From positions 248,001-312,000 of the forward strand of contig JAQGDQ010000001.1 in NCBI GenBank assembly GCA_030141605.1: a stretch of DNA of 64,000 nucleotides. The letters run 5' to 3'. The notes under the pieces were generated by a model. It ran no database searches, was not told where the DNA came from, and saw only the letters and a list, made by a program, of their open reading frames with translations. This document shows, piece after piece, positions 1 to 11,407 of this stretch. This DNA is from Tubiluchus corallicola (taxonomy: Eukaryota; Animalia; Priapulida). The translations under genes and the position numbers were made by a program. How positions within the stretch are numbered: position 1 is the stretch's first letter; each line of letters opens with the position of its first letter.

Positions 1-1048
1 AATTTTGCCATAGATAAACCATGAAACAGTGAGACTAGTGTACACAGGTTAAGGACCTCAATTTTCAATCTAAAAGTTAATAAATTTAAAAAAATTAATC
101 ATTTGTTAACAATGACTCATTTAAAAATCCATAATCTTTATTAAGAACTTTTTGTTTACATAATAAATGTGTTTTTACTCAACTAAATAATAAACTGTAG
201 GCCTATTTCTCCACTAAACATGTAAAAAAGGTTAAGTCATAACTACAAATTTCTTGCTGAGATTTGTTTGAGTGATTCTTAGAAAACAAGCAAATATCAC
301 GCTATTTGTTTGTGAAAAAAGATAGATGTTATCTTGTCAGTTGCCACTATGCCTGCATGGCACATTGACGATAATATCAGTCTATTCCGATTGTATGATC
401 TACAGCTTGCAAACAACAAGTAACATATGGCCAGTGTCAGAGGAGCACATAGCAACCTAGTACAGCTGGTATTATAGTGAGATGCCATTGGTGCTAACTG
501 AGACTGCTGGTGGTATTTTCCCATGGAACACATATGCTAATTTGCCTGGTTGATAACTGGAGGCGATATAATGGATTATTTTATATCCATTTGAAATCAG
601 CCATTTCGTTCCTGACCATTTCGAAGTGGATAAACTAGTTTGGGGAGCATCAATGGGGCGGGGGGTGTAACGAGTGACCATACCCATAATTAAAAAAATT
701 CTCCTTGTCATCTCTCAAATGAGAAAAACTGTTGACATGAGCCTACCGCACGATCTCAGTTTGTTAATCGAATGTATTCAGTGTTTGTGAGTGACTATGC
801 TTTTAATTAGCCTCAGAAGCCTGCAAGCAGTTAAAACATCCACATTTTTATGTTCCACACTCAAGTGCAGCATGGGAAATAAACTTTGCATGATGCTAGA
901 TGTTGGGTGCTTGGACGTGTGACGCATGATGCCAGATGTTGGGATCAATGAGATCATGTGTGTTGCAAGTCTTAATAAACAGTAATGTGTAACTATTGTA
1001 CTAGTTACTAAATACGTTCAATAAAGAATAAATGCACAGCAAACTTAC

Positions 1049-4000
1049 TGCTTCTTTCAGCATCTAACTGAATAGTTCTGGTCAGCTTGTGATTCAGTCT
1101 AGATCCACATCCATAAGAAAATGGTGAAAATGGATCTACAACATCATATAATTGATTGTATATACAGTCATGTTCACAAAACTGATATAATAATGATCAA
1201 GCTATTGCCATTTTGTTTTCTCACCTAGGCTTAATAAACTAGTCTTTCTTGACTGTTCTTGTTGGAGAAGTACTAGAGCTAATGCAGCTTGACACACAGT
1301 ATAATCTGGTAGGTCTCGTTTTGGAAAAAGTTTTTCTTGGTGCTCTGGGATGAAGTCCGTATGAACCTATAACATGAACTTGCCATTAACAGAAAAACTC
1401 AAATGCTAGTTTTTATACTATAGTGGGAGGTATATATTTCAGGTAATTAGTAAAAATTCAACTTCTTTATATCATCCACAAGTTAACAGAGTAGTTCGCA
1501 TGGTAGATCAAACATCACTATTTGCAACTTATTAATAATGGAATTATGATCTTAGATGAATTATTAATTCCATTTACAATAATGATGATTATTAATTTTT
1601 GTGTTATTATTATTATTAGTGCACAAATTATTCATATTACATTGACAGTTTTTAAAAAAAATCATTCATGAAAACAATTTGATTGCTATAAAAAAAGCTG
1701 CTTTTAACTAGAGTTAACGTCTGTTCTAGTTTTCACTTAATTGATGTCTCATCGATGTTATTATCACGCATGATATCGAAAATAATGTAAAAAAAACATT
1801 ATAATGATCTAATTATAATATAGAAGTACAATGCTGTTTTACTTACTTTTCCAAGTTGAAAATCTTTATTTGAAGCGAGGTTAGTCAAAAATTTCACATT
1901 TGTTTTTACACCAACAATCTGTTAAAGATAAAATAGAATCTATTAGTTGAATAATTTTAAAAAATAAAATGTCAACACTGTAAACAGCATACTATGCTTA
2001 ACATAGTATGATCTATTGTCAAGAAGGATGAAGTAATAAGAGTGCTGCCTTTTTAAAAAGCATAACCCTTTGCAAGTAATCTTAAGCCTACACTCTGCTC
2101 CAGTTTTTATACACAAATTAAATTACAAAATAGAAAAAGTGCATAAGGAAAAGCACTTAAAATGTTCATTTCATAAAACAGCAAAAAGAAATTAAAAAAC
2201 AAACTTACATTATATTCATTGAGTGCACTTGTCAAGCGTCTCAAAGCCGACTGTCGATCATCTGCCCACACAACTAACTTAGCTATCATAGGATCATAAT
2301 GCACAGATACTTCATCGCCTTAAAAAGCAAATAAATAACTGAGAAAATTATGAAAAATAACTAATGTAGCAAATATAGTACACATGATTTATTCTTGCCT
2401 TGTCTGACTCCAGTTTCAATTCTAGTATGACAATTAGCAAATGGCGCTGATATATAATGCAAAGGGCCAGCTCCAGGCATAAAGTTGTCGTCTGGATCTT
2501 CTGCATATATCCGAGCTTCGAATGAATGTCCACGTAAACTAAGTTCATCTTGCATTAATGGTAGAGTTTCACCAGATGCGACCTAATATAAAAAAGTCCA
2601 TACAAAATATGAAACAAACTCCACAAATACGTGAGGTAGTGACACAATGTAAAGAGGAAAATGAAAATGTGTAAAAACAGCATCCACAGAAGCCTGTATA
2701 CAAGATTAGCTAAATAAACTGGCAGGTGCACACAGTGTGCAATGTGTAGTTTGAAAAACATTTTTGCTAGAAACAGATTAAATTTTCAATTTTTTCATTC
2801 TGTTTTTTGTCCGATCTTAGGTGATAAACTTTGATAATGAACCTTGAGAGTTTGGTCCTACTACAAACATTTACATTAACTAGGCTCTGCTACTGGATTC
2901 CAGTTTGCAAAGGGCTGAAATGTACAAAAAATGCATATTTAATTTGAAGGTCAGTAAAGGATCAACCGAACTGGTTCATGGGAAGTTAGAGTTAGTTCCA
3001 AAGTTGGGTTTCATGTAGTGAAAAATTGCAAAAAAACAAAGACGATAATATATATAAATATATATATATATGAAGAGCTCTTGACCCCACTACTCGCCAT
3101 TACAGTGAGAATGACAATGGCATGAACAATAGCCAATGATAATAGCTACTGAAAACACGAAATTGTCATCATAATAGTAACACATTTAAGGAATCATTTA
3201 ATTTTTGCTGCTAATTTCCTGAGCATAAGGACAAAGAATTTAATAAATCACTTCACATCCTTTCTGCTGTCTTAATACAATACTTGTAAAAGGTGCAGCA
3301 TCCACTATAACAGCAGCAATTTGCTTCAATTTTTGCAGGACCTACATATATTATCAATTTTAACTTTTTCAACACACCAGAATGCAATGCACTTGAATAC
3401 AAACATACACTGTATGTAGTGTGAAGCTTATTTAATTTTGAATACTCTCAAAAGTCAAGATACTAGTCTCCTACTAAACACAGAAAAAATTAATAGCTCA
3501 TAATAATCCTATATAACACACATAAAAATTGCCCGTCAAAGTAAGACAAAAATTCTAAACAAGATATATGTTACAAAATCTGTACATTTAGGGTGAAATA
3601 CATCATTGGCATTAACAGGCACACTTATCTTTGCCTATTAAGATGCACTGAAACTACACAAATGTGACATAAAACATGTTCTTAAACAAATTAATAAGTT
3701 AGAAAAAGTGTAATAAAAGGCAAACGATAAATACCTTAAGTTGCCACTCCACCAAATCAGTGTCCGTTACCATTTCTGTTACGGGATGTTCTACTTGTAA
3801 CCTTGTGTTCATCTCCATAAAGTAAAAGTTTTGATTCTTGTCCATAATGAACTCAACTGTTCCTACAAATGTTAGAATTTATAGTAGTACAACATAGACA
3901 ATAGAACCATAAATTATTATAAGAATATTTGATAGTAAAGTTTATACTAATCAAATTTCACTTAAGAGTCCTAACTATACCAAAACAACAACACACATAG

Positions 4001-7000
4001 CAATAAAACAAAGCAAAGTATCTAGCAACGAATAAAAAATCTGGTAATTAAAAAGCAAAAAAAAAAGAAAGAACACGATATTTCAAAATACTACTGTAGT
4101 TCTTCTTTAGGTGAACAAAAAAAACAAAAAAGAGAAAAAATTACTAGAAATACTAAATTAACTTTTGAGGAAGTTTTTTGTTTATTGCCCAAAAAATTAG
4201 TTGGTAGTTATAGTAATCCTTGTGATTTTTTGCCCTTTTTATTCTCCTAAAGAAGAACTTCAATGACAATCTGAAACACTGTATTCTTTCCGTCTTTTTT
4301 CCTTGTTTTTTAGTTCTGGAATTTTTTTATTCATTGCCACTATTCTGTCATTAAGAAATAAACCGTGTTATTAAAATGCCTAGCAGCTGTCACATTAACT
4401 ACTGCTTTTCCAAAGATTATGCTAAAGTAGGACTGCATAATGTCAAAAAACAGAACTGTCAACCAAAAAAAGATAAACAGAAATGATGAAGATGCGGAAT
4501 TTACCTGCATGTTAATTCAAAAATACTTGTAATAATACAATTATTCTTAATGTCAGAAAAAATAGTTAAAACTCAATAACAGTGGCTTAATGTAGCTCAT
4601 TCAGGCTATTGCACGAAAATGTGACTAAAACTAAGAAATTACTTGGGAAAAAATTTGACACATATTTACACCTAATTATTCTTGGTCTTCTTGGAGCTCT
4701 CTTTGGTGTTTATGCGTCAAGTGCTGTTATTACAATTCATGGAAGAATAACACGTAACATCTAAAGACTGAACGAAAAAAAGAAGTACCACAATGTACTT
4801 CCAAGGTAAATGATTCTTCATTTGTTTGCACTTTGAAATATAATTACAAAAAGTTAATAGGCTGTTATACCTGCACCGACATAGTTTACAGCACGTGCTG
4901 CTCTAACTGCTGCATCACCAATTTTCTGGCGTACTTCTGCAGATATATCTGGCTAAAAATAAAGCAGTTACAAGCTTAAGAACACGATGCACCTAAAATG
5001 AAATCTAACAGTTATCATGCGCATATGTTATAAATATGTGGTCTACTAAGTACTACAAGATTATTATTAAAAAGAGAATAGTAAGTACACATATTCGGTA
5101 TAGCTCAAAGCTAAACATGTTTCCAAATTACTAAGACTCAAATTCTGTGAGTAATATTCAAGTTAATAAACAGTTACAACTTACAGCAGGGGCTTCTTCG
5201 ATAATCTTTTGATGTCGTCTCTGAACACTACAGTCTCGTTCAAACAAATATACATAATTTCCATGTTTATCACCAAAAACCTGTACTTCAACATGTCTGA
5301 AATATTGAACAAATCAAAATCATATATAGAATGTAAATAGTCTACTTATAAATGAACCTTTTTTCATTTTGTTGTACAAACTTATTTAAACTAAAACCGC
5401 AGAATTAAAACAGTACACGTTTACTTGAAAACAGAAAAACACTGCAAAAAACTGTTCATTGGGAAATGATGGGAAAGTCACAGTTTAGTAGTAGCGATAT
5501 CTGCTTTGTTAGTTAATGGATGGCTTAGTTAGTTAATGGATTAATAGCTAATTAATAATAAATGGATGGGTAAAACCGGAATTAGGGCAGATCACCAATT
5601 TTATGCAGTCACTCATCCCAAGCTCCCAATACAGCTAAAATAAATTTGTATTCACTGTTTCACTCTCTTCTTTCAGGATTATCTTCCATTAAGTTAACTT
5701 TCTGTTCTGCTATAACTATCCAACATTAATAGCAGGCCCTGTCCTTGAGTACTAGATGCTGGACATCAATGAACTAATTGTGTAAAAAATAAAATTTCTA
5801 ATAATTATTTGTGAATCAAGCGATTTAGATATCACAAGATTGGCAAATGTAAAAGCTCACAAACATGCCTAACAGCCATTCGCTATCTACGCTTTTGATG
5901 CAATGTCAATATGGTATGAAATATTTATTTTATTACACAGATTACCGTGGTGTATCAATGTATTTTTCTATTAACATATCTTGGTTTCCAAAGGACTTCA
6001 TTGCTTCACGACGAGCTGACTCTAACTGGGCATCAAAATCAGTCTCCTCCATACAAATACGCATGCCCTACATAGCAAAAATATAATTATTGTACAGGTG
6101 TTAGCAAAAAAAAATTCAAGTTGTTAATCTTACTTTGCAGTGAGGCTTTAACTAACTTTTTCGATAACAATTCAAATGTAACTTGAAATGTGTATCCAAT
6201 ATAATGGCTTCTCTTTAAAATAAGAACAAAAAATTTAAACAACTGACATCAAAGTTCATACTTTAGACTGCCATTACAACACTAAACTGCTGCTGGAAAA
6301 CAGTATCGCTTCAAAATCAAAATCAGATCAGTTGAGCGAAAGTTTGCAACCAATCCATTCAAAGACAGCAACTAGCTCAAAATATCTCTTAAACAGGGCA
6401 TGTTTTTTCTGCTCAATCTAAATACCTAGTTAATGTTCTAGGGGCATTTCATACCCACTGTTGCAGTACCTACCTAAAATCCCAGTCTCACCTGTTACAC
6501 AGAAAAAGTGATGAAGCCCTGCATGAAGTCATTGTGGATCGCATAAGTTAAATAATAGTAAAAGCAGGCAAACACATTTCATGACTTTATGATACTATCA
6601 TGATATAAATTACAAAAGCATAGTAAATATTTCTTTATACTTTTCCTCCACCTCCTCTAACAGCTTTAATCATCACTGGAAAGCCAATTCGTGCTGCTTC
6701 ACTCTTTAGCTTGGAATCTGACTGATCATCACCATGGTATCCCTCAATAATAGGTACATTGGCAGCAGACATAATACTTTTAGATGTACTATTGTCATAA
6801 AAAAGACATGTATTAATGACGATGACGATGATGATTGTGCTGATTTAAACTTTTACTGCCCCCTCTTTTCTGCTATAAATTGGTTTCCTTCTAAACAGGT
6901 CATGTGACCGGTCTTTTACCTGCACACTTACCTGTAGATTGGAGTCACTCAGGCATTCACACACTGCAGTTACAGATTGTTTAGCGTCATTCATTGATTC

Positions 7001-9888
7001 GTTGTATAATTTCATAATCACACTTATAGAAGATCACCATGTAAGTTGATTTATTAATTTCTTAAATCTTGAACCTTTGTTTATTAAAAAGATTAGATTA
7101 ATTAGACTAGAGACTAGATTTTACAATTTGCGTAAAACTTTGTTGAAGTTAATTAGATCAATTTGGTTTAGATTTCAAATTAAAAAATTGAGAAAAATTA
7201 TATAAAATTATCTTATTTGTTTTCAGATTAAACGTTACAAGCTACACAATTATGTTGTTGGAGATCTTTTTATCAAGGTAGCACAATGATGATGATGATG
7301 ATGATGGTGATGATATCGATGATAATGGTGATGATGATGAATTTGATGATGATGATGTTGACGATGATGATAACAATAATATATTTAATATATACTTTAA
7401 AATGATTCCAAAATATTTCTGTTTTCTAAGCCTGAAATAAATTTGATGAGGCAAAGTTTCTGGAAACTCAATATACAGTACACACTTTCTACAATAACTT
7501 TGCATTTTTAATTGATACTTTCTGTATATTATTTATCTCCATTAAATTGACACAATTTGACACCTCTGTGTTTACACAAGTTATATGGCAACTTCTGTGC
7601 AAAAATGTCCGATTCATGCTCGGACATTTGATTTTTATTATTATAATAGTACAAACTCTTTAAAACATATTCAACAGTGTTCAAATTTATGACACAGCAT
7701 CCATAATAAATTTATGATGATACCCTCATTGCAAGGTACAAGAATATGACTCATCAAGCACCACAGTGAAAAGATGCCACACACAAGTCTGTTTATGTGG
7801 TTAGCTTAAAAAAACTGATAAGTTTGTTCTATCTCTAAAACTTAAATTTATTTATTAGGGGGTAATTAAATAAATAAATAAAACTTTATTTATAAAATAT
7901 TAATTAATCTATAGCAGTGTTCGCAACAGAAACTGCAGATTGATGGGCCAAGTTTTGTAGCTTATAAGGTGGCATCATAAATTTGTTTTGAAGTTTTGCA
8001 ATGTTTGCCATAGAAAATTACTCTGCCTTTTAAGCTATATGCAAGAAAAAATACATAACCTAAAGAAACTAGGTTTACATAACATAAAAAACTAAAGAAA
8101 AGTAATGAATACCATGACCACATGGTTTCAAGCAATTGATTTACCTTTTAATACCCATATCCCTTATTGCACTTGCAGGTGGACCAACAAAAATGATGTT
8201 CTCTTTCTGACACAACTCTGCAAACTCAGTATTTTCTGACAAAAATCCGTATCCAGGATGTATAGCATGAGCACCAGATGCTTTGGCAACATTCATTACT
8301 TTTGTCATGTCTAAGTAACTCTGTTGTGATGCAGCAGGCCCAATGTGATAGGACTCATCAGCCTATAAAGAAACAAAAAGATCCGATGTGATACTTGTAA
8401 TCATTGCTCTAACAAACAATGGATAAAATATACAAAAATGTACAGGCTTACTCGATAATTATCTTAAACACATGGCACAGTATGTGAGCTTTCCATATTT
8501 TCAGATCTTCACTCAAGGCACTTTTGCTCACGTTACAAATATTTAATCAAAAGATGCTTGTATCAGTCATCCTCATCATTTGGCCCATGTTTTGCAAATT
8601 ACAGTGTTCTTTCTCAATTATAGTATTGCTTACAGCAAAAAAGATTGTCGGTTTTAAGCCCATTAAAGAACAACAATTTTCGAGTTTGGAGAACAGGTAA
8701 CACTAATCTCCGTTACACAAAAAAAGGTAAGGCTCTGCTACCTTTCATTTAGAACTGAGCAATGTGAATAACAATTTTGTTAAAATTTTATTTTGTGATA
8801 GTTTTTTAGGAACAGTAACCAGTCATACCATTGCTGCATGCAGTGAATTCACGTCTGCATCACTGTATACAGACACTGTCTGAATTCCCAGTTTTCTAGC
8901 TGTTCTCATCACTCTGCAAGCTATCTCTCCGCGATTTGCTATTAGTAGCTTTTTGATTTGAGTTGTATCTGAAGCAATAACAATCAAATTTGAAAAATAA
9001 ATTGCACATAAAAAATAGGAATGTTAATCTTCAAAATGGATATACAAAAGTTAGATTAACACAGAAAGACACTTAAATGATTATGGCATAAAAACCACTC
9101 ACTTGATGTTCTGCATCCTCTTCTGTTGATTAAAAATATTTTGCCAAGAAGTCTAGAAAAAGAAAAATGATAACTAAGCTGAAGTAAGTTTTTATCTACT
9201 TATTTCCTAGTAATTACATTCCAAATCATGTAGCAAGCTAAAGAAATACAAATAAGTTGAAAAGCCTGAAGAGCACAAAGTGTGCAGACAATGTGACACT
9301 CTCATCTTCTCTCATAATTACACGAGATTGCTCATTGCAATAGAAGAGCTGCAGGTATGCAAATGCGGTATCTTTCAAATAATTAAAATGAAAACTCGCT
9401 TCAATACTGAACATAAGAAATTAGCAATTTGAAAGCTAATTTACTTTATTATTACTGCCGTCTGCTTGACAAAATACATTAGACTTAGCTTGATTGTTCG
9501 ATACCCTTTCTCTATAACTAGCTGCTGAGATGGTTTCTGCGTGCATTTTGATATTGTTGTTAAGAAATAAATTAGCTTACTACTACAGTAGGGTGATGGA
9601 AGTTCACTCCTTAAGCAGCTTCAATTAACTCTTCAAAGCAACTTAAAGCTGGGTAAGGAACTAATGTGTGCAGAGGTAGTAAAACGTGAAAATACGCGTA
9701 CCACACAAAAACATTGTAACGTGTTTGAGCATCTCGGAAGTACTGTTTCTCCGCAATGTATTTTAATTACTTTAGGAGAGGACAGCAAAAGACAAAAACA
9801 GTCATCCAGTAAAATTGTTTACTAGAGCTAAAAAAAATTAAAGCCACCTTCCAAACAAGACTTTCATACTTCTCAAGGAAGTCGCCAT
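1049..9888 (-). CDS. MCCC1: Methylcrotonoyl-CoA carboxylase subunit alpha (biotin carboxylase), mitochondrial; 14 exons in window, 3' end lies left of the window
   Basis: Exons 5'->3': 9848-9888, 9103-9152, 8829-8968, 8145-8362, 6641-6788, 5946-6067, 5185-5296, 4871-4952, 3735-3862, 2399-2582, 2209-2318, 1847-1918, 1225-1366, 1049-1135. Phases join in frame. Translation has [73 protein letters not shown] and [27 protein letters not shown] (MCCC1-type). The N-terminus ([30 protein letters not shown]) is basic and lacks acidic residues, like a presequence. Exons 1-2 are less certain because exon 1 has the weak donor GTGGCT. Confidence 0.93.
4019..4342. mobile_element. Foldback/MITE-like imperfect palindrome in an MCCC1 intron
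   Basis: Left arm (tagcaacgaataaaaaat...gttcttctttaggtgaa...attactagaaatac) matches the reverse complement of the right arm (tagtggcaatgaataaaaaaa...gttcttctttaggagaa...attactataactac) over about 150 bp, with a short spacer. Confidence 0.7.
7287..7380. repeat. Imperfect (GAT)n microsatellite
   Basis: Run tgatgatgatgatgatgatggtgatgat...; it produces the poly-Ser ORF at 7242-7505. Confidence 0.9.
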
Positions 9889-10823
9889 GTCTCATACAAG
9901 CGCACAAGTTGGTTAATGCACCGAAGGGCTTAAAAATTAGCAAAAATCGTAACGACGTAATCTCTGCTCGGGGATTCGTAAGTCGGGAATCCCCGAGATC
10001 GCCAATTCCGTAGTTGCAGAACTCCCGAAAAAAACTTCACTGCCAGTGTATTTTAGTATTTTGCAAGCCAAAAGTTAACACTCCATGGCGGGGAAACTTC
10101 ACCCACATTATCCTACAAATGACAGGTGCTGTACTGTCATGGAAAGCTACAAAAGCCTTGAATTTGGTACTGGCAAACTATGCTACACTACTAGAAATTT
10201 TACATCTGTTAATGTGATGGGCAGTCTGCAGCCACTGAAGTCCCCGATTCCGGCACCGCGAAAATCGGCATTGCCAAAACAACAGCTGAGGATCTTATGG
10301 AACAATTTCCGACAGTGTTTGATGGCATCATACGCAAAATGCCAGGTGAAGAATTCCGCATCTCGATAACCGACGATGCCAAACCATTCGCTGTGAATAT
10401 GCCATGCCGCATCCCATTTGCCTACCGGGATAAACTCAAGCGAGAACTTACCGTTTGCAAGAACAGAACATTACTCTTGTAATGGAGCCCACTTAATGGT
10501 GCACACAAATTGTAGTTGCTCCGAAAGAAGATAAAGAATCTGTTGTGATTTATCTCATTTAAATAAATATGTGAAACATGAGCGCTACTGCTCCCAGACA
10601 CCAGCCAATGCAAACTTTTTCACTGTCATCGATGCATTAAAGAGGTATCACCAATGCCCGCTCGCTGAAGAAAGCCAGCATCTGACTACATTTATTACAC
10701 CATTCATTCGGTCGGTTTAAATATTTACGTACGCCATGTAGTATTTCTTCTATCTCAGAGCATTATAAATTCACGTGCTTTCATGCCGGATTGGCAACGC
10801 TCCTTCAAGCAAGCAGAAGCCAT

Positions 10824-10856
<33 letters not shown>

Positions 10857-11407
10857 CATTATAATAAATAAATTAATTACGATCGTAAAACATTGTGTTT
10901 TATTTTACTTTATCGAATTTTTGGTGATTGATTATGGCAAACAGCGTTGGTCGTCTCAAGATGATCTTACTCATGCATCTGCTTAATCTAGGAGAGATGC
11001 AAGTCATGCAACTGTATGTGGCCCGACATTGAAGAGACAGTTGGTTGACAGAAGGCAGCGGAAAGATCTTGTCTGGCTGGGATGAACTCATGAAGGCATG
11101 CCAGACAGCTGAGACGAAGACACCATCGTTTGATGACAGTAGGTACTGGAGTTGGGATACGCAGTTATAAAGAGGAATAATTCTTTGTTGGTGATAAAGT
11201 GAAACAGATGCGAAAAGTGGCGCACAGGCGACATTAGAAATGACATAGCAGACATTTGAAAACAGTTTAATGATAGAGAGAGACGTTCAATAGGCATACT
11301 AAACCATACTTTATTTAAGCAGCGATGAGCTTGTTGGTTTCGGCCCTTTCGGGCGAAGTTTTAACTTGTGCGTATTGACTGGCAGGATATCTTACAAGAA
11401 CAACAAT
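9889..11407. promoter_or_regulatory. Divergent (head-to-head) promoter interval between MCCC1 and AGMAT
   Basis: The start codons are 1519 bp apart on opposite strands. CpG-richer patches lie at about 9900-10030 and 11320-11400, next to each ATG. Confidence 0.55.
10060..10770 (+). mobile_element. Degenerate Ty3/Gypsy (Mag/K02A2.6-like) pol fragment, RT domain
   Basis: Frame-shifted peptides FPTVFDGIIRKMPGEEFRISITDDAKPFAVNMPCRIPFAYRDKLKREL, WCTQIVVAPK, DLSHLNKYVKHERY, FFTVIDALKRYHQCPLAEESQHLTTFITPF and GRFKYLR, typical of Gypsy RT motifs. No LTRs seen. Confidence 0.85.

Noticed and set aside
1049-9888. Alternative identity as PCCA, pyruvate carboxylase or ACC
   Set aside because: [33 protein letters not shown] and the post-BC segment match MCCC1 better.
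11339-11358. Small GC hairpin (gccctttcgggc) upstream of AGMAT, considered as a Helitron 3' end or terminator
   Set aside because: No CTRR terminus at the expected distance and no U-tract; too short to call.
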